From Camelus dromedarius (taxonomy: Eukaryota), in the NCBI RefSeq assembly GCF_036321535.1, contig NC_087437.1, forward strand, positions 75,518,001 to 75,582,000: a stretch of 64,000 bases of DNA. The letters run 5' to 3'. Below the pieces are notes generated by a model. The model saw nothing but the letters and a program-made list of their open reading frames with translations, did not search any database and was not told the DNA's origin. Shown here piece after piece: positions 52,191 through 64,000 of the stretch (within the stretch, counting starts at the first letter, position 1; every line of letters starts with the position of its first letter). A program made the translations under genes and the position numbers.

Positions 52191-52379
52191 GGATAAAAGA
52201 ACTAATGGGGAGGGTGGAGGGCAAGGTAATTAGCAGAGTTTTCTTCTTGGTACACTATCACCAAAAAATATGAAATTATAGGTTTCAAATTTTAGGGTCT
52301 GGATAGTAAAGGTACTTAAATTTGTTCCTCCAAAGAAGTTTGCAGGATCTGAAATTGACAAGAAATTATATCTAGAATG

Positions 52380-52900
52380 TACAATAGACAAAAGCTCTAT
52401 GGGAAAAAAACTTGTGCAAAGTATATATCCACAGCTATTTATGGAAAAAAAAAAAAAAAGAAACCCAAAACACTAGCAAGTATACAATAAGGTACTCAAA
52501 CTCATTAGTAATCAAAGGAGTGTAAATTAAGATATTATTTTACACCCATTAGCCTGAAATTAGTAAGTTGGATAACTGTCAAGTATTGGCAAGAATGTAG
52601 GAACATGGGGATTCTCAAGAATCGTTGATGGGAAAGTGCCTAGTGAAGTCTTTCTAGAGGACAACTGGGTACAACATAGTCAAATTAAGAATCCTTAAAA
52701 CTCGTTCTGGGTGTAAAAGGTATGAAATAACATAAAATAGACTGAGATAAACCATTTCTGTAAGTTAGTGTATGTCTGCAGAACAGTATACATTTTATAA
52801 GTACACATTTAGAAGTACAGATATTACATTGATTAGAATGTTTGCCAATGACAGCAGAGGGCAATGGGAGTAAAGAATGAGGATGAAGGGAAATAATTGG
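52380..52900 (+). mobile_element. Ancient L1 ORF2 end/3' remnant
   Basis: 'ctcattagtaatcaaaggagtgtaaattaagatattattttacacccatt'. Confidence 0.65.
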
Positions 52901-54354
52901 AATGGAATGGCCACAACGTGATTATTACCACTATCTGCAATAGAGAGCTACACCCAAATAAGTAAGTTTGTTACTTTCCTCATTCCAACTGAAAGTGAGT
53001 TATGTCAAAGGAACAAGTAATTTTTTCAGTAGTTGTCATATGGCCAATGATTGTAAGCAACAGAAAGATACCCTCGGGCACAAGTAAATGCCAATGGCCA
53101 TGGCTGAATCATTTTACAACCTTTAAACACTAGTAGACTGATATAAAGTTTAAAAATTAGTAAAAAGTTAAAAACAATTCCAGAAGCAGGGAGTAGGGAC
53201 TTACTGATTTGTAAGGTTTTCTGATTTTGTGATGTAAATATTGCCATCACAGTTGATTTCAACCATTTAACAGATGGCAAAACTGAAAATTTAACAATCG
53301 GCCCTCACAAGCTTGTAGGAGCGTGTTCCAAACACTACCTTTGAGACTTCAGAATTAAAGCATAAGACCCACTGATTTAAATGTAGATCTTGCCAAGAGT
53401 GGCACATAAAATAAACATTTAGAGATTTTCTATCCATAAGCTCTCAGAAAGTAACACATTTCACCTGCATTGAATCTTTAATCTCAGCTAAGGGGAACTT
53501 CTTCCATCTTTCAATTTGAAATGTTTAATTACTGCACAATCACAGGCCACATTATTTAATGGGAGTTTAGCCACCGCTAGACCTGAATCAAAAAGCCCAA
53601 ACCTTGGGTGGTGTGTTTTGTTCCTGCCCATAGGAAACAAAGTACAACAGTTGTATGTCCAAACCACCTGGAAAAACCTTAGGTCAGGTTAGGAGTACAG
53701 AGTTCCTGGACCTACATCTCACAAAGGCTTTCTGTTTCTCCCCAAACATTGATCTCTCTCACCTAGCAAAGCTGCTTGCCCATTCAACAGCATGCGTAAG
53801 CCAATCTATTCCATTTCCAACATACACTTTTCTTCTTGTTCCTCTTTTTGTAAGATTCTGCTTTTCAACCAAGGTAGGAAAAGTTACATAATTTCTCAGA
53901 ACCCCAGTTTCCTCTACTAAGTGAGAATTGATTGAGAACAGTACAACCTCCTCAGAGAGTTTTTATGAAGATGAGGTTTGGAAGTATCAATAGAGCTCCT
54001 GGTACATAGTACACACTTGCAGGCTAGTTGATGTTTTCTTCTTGGTTCTCATGTCCCAATCCAGTTTTATGGACTAAAAAGCAACAACAGAACGAGCAAA
54101 TTTAGTTTCTGACCTAGCTTTCTTCTCTAATAGCCAGTTTACCCCTCAAGGGCACTTTTTATACCCACTTTTGCAAAATCTGACATTTATCATTTGAACT
54201 CAGTTCTGAAACTCCCATTTCATCAAACACATGGTGGCCACTCCAGTCATCAGGAAATCATTACAGAATCTGTTTGTCTAGACTTCACTCTAAAGGCTTA
54301 AGCAGTTGAAACTTACAATATTCCTCATGAAAGGTTAGGAAACATAGATTTAAT

Positions 54355-54570
54355 TGAGGTTCTCAACAAGGCAAGTACTGTAGGTGAGAGTACATCCTGG
54401 AAACAAGGGAGCATTTTTGCTTACCTGATGACTGGGGACAGAGGCATGAAGGCTCAAGCATTTAGTGGTTCCAGGCCAAGGATGTTAGATACTCAAAAAA
54501 TACACAGGACAATCCCACACAGGGAGAATCTTCCTGAACATATTTTTAATATCCAAGGGTGCTAAACCCA
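54355..54570. mobile_element. hAT-Charlie remnant (MER5/MER20-like)
   Basis: 'ggttctcaac...ggcatgaaggctcaagcatttagtgg...ggccaaggatgttagata...cacaggacaatccc'. Confidence 0.55.
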
Positions 54571-57025
54571 CAATAAGTACAAACTAATGATACTTTAGTC
54601 GATGAGATACTAAAAAGACTTTCCATATATTTTTGCAAAAAGTCAACATTATTTAAGAGAGGAATGTTATAGAGAGACAAGCTTAAATGGAATAAAGACT
54701 ATTTTAAAACTATTGAATAATTTACTTTCTATCTACTCAATGTTACATAGCATTTTAAAGTTCATATTAGTTAAAAACGGTTTCAGTATAGAAATGCAAT
54801 TATTGCAAAAACAACAAGGCAGATTGAAAATATATTATACCTTTGGAGCTACTCTTGTGATTTGATGCCAAATATTATTAAACTAGCAGAACACTACATT
54901 TCATTATAAAAATGTTTTTAAATTTTCACATTCTTACATTATTTTTTGTAGTACAAGGACAAAAATTTATATTGTGAAAACAGCACTGAAATTATTTGGG
55001 GGTTGCCTGTTTTCAGCTCTTACTACAATATTGGCCCTTATGGTTTATCATATAGTTTCACCATAGCCTCTTATTTATATTTTCCCCCCAATCTATTCTG
55101 TAGTCCCTATTGCTTCCTGAAGAATACAGCCTCCTAGGCTGTTTTAGCTGAGACTGAACATATGTTCCAACATGTAATGGGATTGCAAAATAGGAGGAGA
55201 CATGACACTTTGTCACTAACAAACAGCCCATGTCACAACATAAGAAATTTTAACACCATACTTCTAATGCTGAGCTCATTTGCAAGCATCATACATCCCC
55301 GTTGTTTTCACTTCAACAGTCTAATTTATCTTGGCATATTATTCCTATATCAACTGGGGTCGTTCCTTTCCATTACATATAAATAAGCTCTCTTTCAATC
55401 ATGCTAAAGGTGACACTAGATTTTATTCTAGTGCCCACTCACATCACTGCTTCAACTTCCCTGTATGCCTTGTACAGAATGACTTCTGATCTCCTCACTT
55501 ACTCACAAAGGTACTAATACCTGGCTACTTCATTGTCTTTTAATATATTTATGACTGAATATTTGCATGCCTGAATATATAATTTATTTTTAATTTTTAA
55601 AATTTCTCCTGTATGTGACAGGACATTATATTGATTTTTTAAAACCACATAGTTAGGTTATATTACTGATTAATTTCATTTTGGCACAGAAAAGAAGGCA
55701 TTACAAACATTTGTTGTAAGGGCACAGTGGGTCTGATAGGGCTGAGAATCATGGATTTTAGAGAATGTTTACAAACATAGGCTGTCCTGTGTCTTAAAGC
55801 AAATTCCTTAGCAGTGAGGTCAATTCTGTGAGAAGGAGGCAAAGTCTGTGTTTAGCAGTGTCTTTGAATGGTACCATTGCCTTTAATTCTTCTGCATTGC
55901 AAAATAACCTGTCTTCCAGTATATTTTTAAGAATAAAAATATAGTTTATTATTACACATCTATTATAATCAATTTTTTTTTAAACTGAGAATCCTATTTG
56001 CTGGTGATGATGCAGAGCAACAGGAACTCTTATTCATGGCTGATGGGAGTGCAAAAATGATATAGTCACTTTAGAAGAAAGTTTGGAACTTTCTTACAAA
56101 GCTAAATATAGATTACCACATAATCCAGCAAGCATACTTCTAGATATTTACTCAACTTATATGAAAATGTATGTCCACACAAAAATCTGCACATGAATGT
56201 TTATTGCAACTTTATTCATAGTCACAAAAAACTAAAACCAACCAAGATATTCTAAAATAAGTAAATGGATAAACAAACTGTGGTACAACCACCCAATGGA
56301 ATATTAGTCAGCTATTAAAAAAATGAGCTGTCAAGCCAGGAAAGAATATGGATTAATTTTAAATGCATATTACAGAATGAAAGAAGCCAGTCAGAGAAAG
56401 TTATATACTACGTGATTTCGATTATATGACATTCTGGAAAAGATATAACCATAGAGACTGTAAAAAGACCAGTGTTTTTCAGGAAGGAGGGGAAAGAGGG
56501 ACAGTTGAATAGGTGAAGTACAGGAAATATTTTTAAGGCATGCATTCTGTATTAGAATGTAATTGTAGCTACATTAAATCATGCATTTGTCAAAACCCAC
56601 AGAACTTCATAGCATGAATGCATGCAAATAAAAAAAAATCATTTAGAAGATTAGGGGATTCCAGAATGGAATGCAAACTGGGACAAAACAATCTAATTGT
56701 ACAACAAATATATGACATAACTTTGCTGAAGGGGGTGGGGAAAAGGTGCTGAATAAATTAACTCTGGAAATGAGTGGAGTCTCTAACACTATAGCAAAAG
56801 AAACTGTACATGAGCACTGTACTCTCATTAATAAAGTTGTTTCCCATTGGGGTACAGATTAACAATTCTGATACCACTATATATGTATACTGGAATTGAG
56901 CGATTAAGTAAATAGATGGCAGATGATAGGAGCTAGTTTTCTCACTGTTGGGAATTTACAGATAAGCAAGGGAAGGAAGCTAGAATGATCCATTTGATAA
57001 TGGATTAGAGTTGGAGACATCAGTA

Positions 57026-57857
57026 TGTAACTGAAAAGGACCCTACTGTCATTAGTGACCATATGGTATTTGTAACTGCTTAATCGTATACTAGTTTAAG
57101 TGGCTTTTCTCATGTTCTTGCCAACCAGAGTTAGGCTGGAGAGAAGGGAGGCTTGGGTGGTCTGCCCAACCCCCTTCTGGTGCTGCATGCGGGGACCATG
57201 CTCAGGGCCCTGCTTTTGCCCCCAGTGCCCTGCTTTTTTCCCAGTATCTCAGAAATGGCAGTTAGGTTTCTGTTTTCTGTATCTTTTTCATAACTCGCCC
57301 CAAATGTGCATGCACACAGTTATTTATCGGTCACTTGTGGTTTTTTGCATTCTGTTGTTTGAGGTGCAGGTCCCAGCCTACGCAAACACTGCAGCAAGAG
57401 GTCCCAGGCCTCAGCCTGCCTAAAATGCTAGAAGCATTTACCAACCTGACTTTAAATTGCACAAGTTTTTCTCTAGAGCACTTTTCCACAGACTCATTTC
57501 CTAAGCAGCCTTTGTGCCAGGCACAAGAATATTAGATTTCCAAAGTGGGGGGAAAACATCATACCTAGCAGAAGGAAGGGGACCAATTGAGTCTACAAAA
57601 ACAAGAAGAACTATGCAACAATCTGTTACCCTGGGCATGATCTCTATAGAAACCAGCACTGACCCTTGAGTTCTTGAACTTTTACTATGAAACTCCCTAC
57701 TTTCTTTCCCCAGCAGGCTCACTGTCTTGGAGGCATTAGCCCACTGTGACCTCCTTTGCCGGGCAAAGAAATAAAGTTTCCTTTTCTGCTTCAATCAAAA
57801 CTCTGTCCTCCAGTCTCAATTCAGTAATCAGGGTATGGAGGCCAAGTTTTGGCAACA
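57026..57857 (+). mobile_element. ERV solo LTR (ERV1-class by 4-bp TSD)
   Basis: TG...CA termini, AATAAA at ~57769, near-TSD agta / aata. It splits L1 'acatcagta|tgaactca'. Confidence 0.8.
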
Positions 57858-58054
57858 AATATGAACTCAGGTTTACCTTAATTATAGATCCAGATGGTTA
57901 CATATAAAACTACTTTCAGCTATGTACATGCAAGTTTTAGTATATGAATTAGTGTAACACATATTTCCTTGTTCTGTAGGCTGACAGGACCTGACATCAA
58001 TGAAATCACAGTTACAACACATACACCTATTGCCTAGATCTTGGTTTCTAATAC

Positions 58055-58657
58055 TGAAACAGAACAGGACCCTGTGTGGCCCTTCCAAGTACAAAGGCCT
58101 CTCCATGTCCACCATTTCTGTTTGTAGGAAAAAGGTTTCAGCCTCCTAGACCTGAGTTCCAGAGGGCAGGTTCAAACAGTTACTAATTAGGAGAGTGAGG
58201 GAGTGAAGAAACAAACAATAGTGCAGCATGCAGCCTGATCCTGGTTCCTCCTTAGGGGGGGGGGGGGGGATGTGCATAACAATTTGATACATATCTAGTT
58301 CTTCTACAGGAACTAAAGCCCCACCTAGGTGGAGGATGGTAACTTCAGGCTGAGCTCTAACAAGTGAACCCTAGACTAGTTGGAACCAGAAGGCTAATGA
58401 CTGAGATGCCTGGAACACCACCCTATTACCTCACCACCAAGCAATCAAAGGAAGGTCACACACCCTGCAGATCTCCCCCCAAATTTTGCCTATAAAAACT
58501 TTTCCCCAAAACCTTTAGGAGTTTCGGTTCTTTTGAGAATGAGCTGCCCTGTTCTCCTTGGTTGGCCCTGCAATAAACCTGTCTACTCCAAACTCCAATG
58601 TTTTGATTTGTTTGGCTTCACTGTGTATTGGGCACATAAATTTGAGTTAGACAAAAA
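58055..58657 (+). mobile_element. ERV solo LTR (ERV1-class)
   Basis: TG start, TATA-like 'cctataaaaa' ~58490, AATAAA ~58572, TSD atac (58051-58054 / 58658-58661), internal G-run 58255-58269. Confidence 0.85.
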
Positions 58658-58769
58658 ATACCATTCTTCAGAAAAAGGAACCAGGGTTCCTTGGAGAAAT
58701 GGCCGATTCTAGGACTCAGACAGGAAATACTAGAATGGTTGATTCTAGGACTGAGGCAGAAAATTAGCC

Positions 58770-60045
58770 TGAACTAAGGTATAAAATGTAAAACTGTAAA
58801 AGTTTTAGAAAATAATTAAGAGAAAATCTTTAGTAACTAGAGCTAGGCAAAAAGTTCTGAGATTTGATACTAAAAGCATGATCCATAAAAGGAAAAAATT
58901 ATAAATTTATAATTATAAAAAATATAAAAAATTATAAATTTTTCATCAAAAATTTAAACTTTTACTTTGTGAAAGACACTGTTAAGAGAATGAAAAGAAA
59001 AACTATAGACTGAGAGGAAATATTTGTAAGCCATATGTCTGGCAAAGGACTAGTATCTAAAATATATGAAGCACTTTCAAAGCTCAATAGTTAAAAAAAA
59101 AAAAAAGCAAGGAATCCAAAAGAAAATGGACAAAAGACATGAGATGTTTAATTAGAGATCTGTAGATAGCAAAAAAGCACATGAAAAAAAGTTCAACATC
59201 ACTAGACATTAGGAAAATGCAAATTAAAACTACAATGAGATAATCACTACACATCTATCACAATAAAAATTTTTTAATTTAAAAAATTAAAAATAAAAAA
59301 TTTAAATGATAATTAAAAAAATTTTTTAAATGACAACTCCAAACAATGGTGAGGATGTGGAGAAACAGAATCACTCATACATTGCCAATGGGAATGCAAA
59401 ATGGCACAGCCAGTCCAGAAGACAGTTCGGTAATTTCTTTAAAAACTAAACACGTAACTACCATATGACTCAACTATTGTACCCCTAGCATTTATCCCAG
59501 AAAAATGAAAACTTATGTTCTTAGCAGCTTTATTTGTAATAGTCAAAAACTAGAAGCACAGATAGCCTTCAATGGGTGAATGGTTAAACAAACTGTGGTA
59601 TATTCATACCATGGAAAACTACTCAGCAATAAAAAGGCATCAACTATTGATACAAACAACAACCAGGATGACGTATCCAGAGAAGTATGCTGAGTTTAAA
59701 CACTAGTTCCAAGAGGTTCCATACTGTTTGATTCTATTTTTATAACTTTTCTTTAAATGACAAATTATGTAAACAGAGAACACTTCTGCAAATGCCAGAG
59801 GTTAAGTGGGGTGGGAGGGGGGTGGATGTGGCTACAAAAGTTCAATGTCAGAGATCCCTGTTGTGATGTATCTTGACTGTGTCAATGTCAATATCCTGAT
59901 GATAATACTGTACCACGGTTTTGCAAGATGATACCACTGATGTATATTAGGTAAAGGGTACAAAGGATCTCTATGGATTGTTTCTTACTACTGTGTATGA
60001 ATCCACAATTGTCTTAAAATTAAGTTTAATTTAATTTTAAAAATC
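58770..60045 (+). mobile_element. L1 (L1MB-like) ORF2 end and 3'UTR
   Basis: 'ctaaaagcatgatccataaaagg', 'cattaggaaaatgcaaattaaaactacaatgaga', end 'gtttcttactactgtgtatgaatccacaatt'. Confidence 0.88.
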
Positions 60046-60164
60046 TAATTGAAAAGCAGGGCAATGGACTAGCTACGCTGTATAGCCAAACAATTCTGCT
60101 AAATTATTATCCAAGCACTATGGAAGAAGCATGGTAATGTTCAACTTACAGTAGAAAGATTACA

Positions 60165-60380
60165 GGCTTTGTTATTAGAGACCTTGAACCAGATACAGCT
60201 TACCACATATCAGCTGTGTGACCTTGGACAGTCTGACCTTCAGTGTCCTTATCTATAAAACACTAAATTCCTTTTGAGGCTTAAGCTAGGTAGTATCTAA
60301 ATTTGATACATAAAACACTATGTGCTTAAAAACCTTGACACTGTGCCTAAGCACATAGTAAGCACTCAAATGCTAGCTAT
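60165..60380 (+). mobile_element. MIR SINE
   Basis: 'cagctgtgtgaccttggaca...cagtgtccttatctataaaa...gcacatagtaagcactcaa'. Confidence 0.8.
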
Positions 60381-60970
60381 CATGAAGGAGAAAAGAATCA
60401 GAACAATTATTAGCAAGTAACTGTTTCTTCTGTCCCTGTATTAAACTTGATAAGTGATTATTAGATTATAAAACAAGGTGTAAAAGAGACAGAACCCCAA
60501 CTAAGCAGACATCCATTAACAGACGTGTATATGTGATTTTTTTAAAATGGTCTATTAACTTTTCCTTATTTTCAAAGCGTATATGACTAGAGTCTGGAAA
60601 TTCTTTTATAAGAAACAGATAATGCAATCATCATTACAGGATAACTAACATGATTAATCTTATTTTTATATGCATATATTTTAGAACTGATATTATACTG
60701 TTTATATGCAATTTTCAAATCTACTTTTTGATTGCATGAGTATTTTTCCATGTCATGAAATATCTTAAAACATCTTTTTCAATGTTGCCTAAATAAGAGC
60801 CCTTGTATACCATGGAATATTAACTATGTACCACTGGACATGTCAGCCGGTTCCAATTTTTTTCTATTGTAAAAAGTAATAGAAAAAGTCTATTTACATA
60901 AAACTTTATCTAAGTTGACCATTGATAGAGGAATGTTTCCTGTAGAGGGGACACTAAGAAAAAGAACATA

Positions 60971-61389
60971 CAGGCATCCCCCAGTTTTCAAAAGTTTGCT
61001 TTACACCACTTCACTTTTACAAACTACCTACATTAGTATCTATTTTCGCTAATGGAAAGATACCTAAAGAGGATTCTGGCTTTTACGAAAAAAGGCAAAA
61101 AGCAAAAATTGCATTCAGTGTTTGTTTTGCAGCGAGCTGTTAGAGAGACAGCATGTACCCCGAGCAATGAAGAGGGGCCCCGCCAAGCTTCCCCAGAACT
61201 ACACTCAGCGTCTGCATCAAGCTGCCATAGCTTTGAACTGTGTCTCTGAGCATCTGTGTCTTATCTCAATTTATTTTGTACATCCATTAGCAAGACATGT
61301 CCTAAGGTAATTGCTTCTTTGCTTTACATCATTTCAGCTTACACAGAGCTTAACAGAACACTCTAATTTCAGATAGTGGGGGAAATTTG
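60971..61389. mobile_element. TcMar-Tigger non-autonomous DNA transposon (laurasiatherian type), complete
   Basis: TA on both sides (60969-60970, 61390-61391). Imperfect TIRs caggcatccccc / gggggaaatttg. Confidence 0.85.
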
Positions 61390-61559
61390 TACTCCAAAAG
61401 TCTTGATTTGCCTGACAAATACTTCTGAAAAGAGTGAAGCAGGATTTTTAAGAAGATCCTTTTTTTGGAAGAAAAGTATTTGTTCCCATTGAATTAATTT
61501 CACTCTGATCAACATAAATTAATGCTTTTAGAAGTAGAAGTAATAGAAACTTCGGAAGG

Positions 61560-62090
61560 ACGTGAAAACACCTTCAGAATCTATTACAATCAAAGAAAAG
61601 AATGTCAAGTACATTTTGAAAAGTATGCCAGATATTAGGAAGGTTTATTTCAAAGCAGGGAGAGCATTCAAATGCCAGACAGTCTATTGTTGTGAAAGGC
61701 AGTTCAGGCCTGACAGGAGGCTCAAACTAAACCCTGGCTCCTTAATCACCTGGGAGGTAACAGAGGGAAAGAAAAAAGGAAAACATGTACATAAATTCCA
61801 CAACTCAAATTACAGTTTCAGGGAACAGGCGTATAACCAAAAAATAAGAAAGGACTGCATCAGGAAGTCGAAATTAAGCTTTCAAAAGAAAAAGCAATAG
61901 ACAGGATAGACGCTAATGCTTGAAGAACAGGATTAAAAAAATCATCCAGTGAAAAAAGGCAGAACTGCTTAATTTTGGTTTTTTTCTTCTTCATAAAGGA
62001 CAAAACCTTCATTGTATGGTAGAACAGTACTGATAGGAAGTTGAAGCTCAAGGTGGACAGAGCGAAGTGATAACTAAGGGAACATTCACA
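61560..62090 (+). mobile_element. CR1/L3 ORF2 remnant
   Basis: ORF 61562..61900 ends 'NQKIRKDCIRKSKLSF' (compare CR1 'CR.KIRKAKAQLE'). 'aaggcagaactgcttaattttggttttttt' reads KAELLNFGFF (compare CR1 'KAEVLNAFFASVF'). Confidence 0.6.
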
Positions 62091-64000
62091 TTGCAAAACA
62101 GCTCAGGGTAATGTAGTTAATCCAACAAGCAGTATTTCCTGAAAAAGAAAGGAGGTAGTTCTGAATTTTTATCCATAGCTACATGATGCAAGATAGAAGC
62201 AGTAACTTTTCTGGAGGGATGATATAGCTACTAGCTGCATATCAGATTCAACTGTGGAGAATTTAAACACAGAGATGTATGGGCTCCATTCAAACACAGG
62301 AAATCAAAACATCCCTTTCGGCTGGAGGATGGGCGTCTGCAGAACAGAAGTATAACCGCCGTTTAGTGAACTAGTTTTTAATAGACTAGGATCATGAACC
62401 CTACACATCTAAGAAGATGCTCACTAAATGTTAGCTTTGGTATCTATAAGGGTTAATCCTGAATTACCTTGACTTTATAGCCAGAAACTACCAATGACAG
62501 AACAGTATTATAAAACACATGTCTTATTGATGTATATTGAATGATTATCTTAAGACTCAGGTAAGTTCAACTCATTTCTCAAACTAAAAGAACCTCCTCT
62601 TTAGTTTTGTAGCCTTAATTGACATCAAGCATAGGTGCCCTCCTTTCCCTCTCTCTGTGACTTTTAGAATGGATCCCTAATCAGGATATAACTACCCAAA
62701 CAGACCTTTCTGGATTCATGGTACTTTTCATTATCATTTTAAGCTTTCAACCCAGTAGTTTATGCTAAAGCAAAGTTAGAGAACTATCTCCCATCCCTGC
62801 ATACATAGTCTTTAAACAGGCCTGTCAGAAGTGAGATAGACAGACCATGGAGACAGCAGTCCACTTTGTCTATTCCAGTCTGACTATAAAAAGCAAGGGG
62901 ACTTTAAGAAAGATAAAGTATAATCCTACCAGTCTTCAAGAAAAGACAGGCCCTAGTTCAATAATTAGATTCTGTATAACTCAAGGTAAGCCTATTGCTT
63001 TATCAAATCCATAATGAAAAGTACGGATTGGTAGGAAAGCTGTTTTTCTCATTTCAATGGATCTTTGTTTTCTCTTTAGAATTCAGTACATTTCCTAAGT
63101 TACCAAGCTATGCAAATTGTCACAGGCAAAATCGAATTTATAAATAAATGATATCTATTGCTGCAGAAGACTAAAATAAGAATTTTATATTTAGTGATAG
63201 GTCAAAGCTAAGTTTCCAATAAGGATTGCATTCGTGATAGAGCTTTGTACTGAGTTTTAGCTAGTCCCTGAGCCAATTTATTTTAAATGGCGGATTTTCT
63301 TATCTTCCCAACTCATTTTAGTTTGGAAAAACTGCCTTCAATCTGATACCTCTGAGTTCTCCAAACAATATCACAAATTAGCTAGCTCTTCATGTATAAA
63401 TCACATAGAGATTAAACAAACTCAGGGACAATTTGACACACAGCCATAAGATGTATTTTGGTGTGGTCTCATTTATTTCCCTCTTGCTTCTTCTGTTACG
63501 TTGCATTTTAACCACTGTGCAGATAAACATTAAATACTTTAATCCATTTTATTATCTAATATTCTTCATTTACTTTTTGGTAATATTTTTAAAGGGAGAT
63601 ATAAGTAGGGGAAGGTTAAAGATTTGTTCTGGATGTCCTTCAGGACAAAGGCCTGTCACTCTTTCCAAGCCTCTGATAGTTCTCTTACTGCAGTAAACAT
63701 TGCATTGAATATACTGAGAAGGTCCTTAAGAAGTCCTTAATTAGTTACCTATTAAGATCATTTAATTACCTTTGGATAAGAACTCAGTTCCCCAATTCCC
63801 TGGTTAGAAAGGCCATTTTGGGAGGCAAGTTAGGATTTTATTATTTTGGAATTGTATGTCAGACTGGAGTTGAAATGTTTACCAATCACTTCAGACAAAG
63901 GGAGAATCTTGAAAAAGCTCCCTGAAGTTCGTTATTTGGATAATTCCAGGTTTTCATCAACCTGGATTTAATTCAGATGAAGGAGAAAAGAAAACTTAAC

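Larger units (their letters stand above)
55990..58765 (+). mobile_element. L1MC-like ORF2 end and 3'UTR, split by two LTRs
   Basis: 'gagcaacaggaactcttattcat', 'atgaaagaagccagtcagagaaag'. L1 sequence resumes colinearly after each LTR. Confidence 0.85.

Noticed and set aside
53854..53872. Possible 19-nt + strand microexon (aag|ATTCTGCTTTTCAACCAAG|gtagga)
   Set aside because: AAG acceptor, mediocre donor, and it abuts a MIR fragment. Insufficient support.
58890..59332. AT-only quasi-palindromic patches at ~58895-58945 and ~59262-59330
   Set aside because: Low-complexity slippage of A-rich L1 sequence. Self-complementarity is expected from A/T-only composition.
1..64000. A novel multi-gene biological system
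   Set aside because: No intact genes, operon-like structure or unexplained large-scale periodicity. The content is explained by known mammalian TE classes plus a few unverified exon candidates.

Overview
This is AT-rich, CpG-depleted mammalian genomic DNA, not prokaryotic. There are no operons, CRISPR arrays, rRNA genes or recognisable intact protein-coding exons. A tRNA-derived SINE at about 13.0-13.2 kb resembles the camelid Vic-1 family, and the L1 3' ends are of cetartiodactyl type. I saw no Alu, Bov-A/BovB, PRE-1 or Can-SINE, so a camelid genome is my inference. A large share of the window is layered transposable-element fossil: MaLR (MLT1) and ERVL (LTR16/LTR33-like) LTRs, a 5' LTR plus gag-pro-RT remnant of an ERVL, old and younger L1s (two with 5' inversions), L2, MIR, CR1/L3 remnants, and hAT and Tigger elements. 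Most listed ORFs are chance or TE-derived. The best non-repeat signal is a CpG-enriched, promoter-like segment at about 31.4-32.1 kb. It is followed on the + strand by a Kozak ATG/donor exon and a strong 28-nt microexon at 41.0 kb. A chain of minus-strand splice-site-bounded segments runs away from it between 29.9 kb and 4.4 kb and is a candidate divergent lncRNA or small orphan ORF. I could not name a host gene and found no convincing new biological system. Repeat family names come from recalled consensus sequences and need RepeatMasker/Dfam confirmation.
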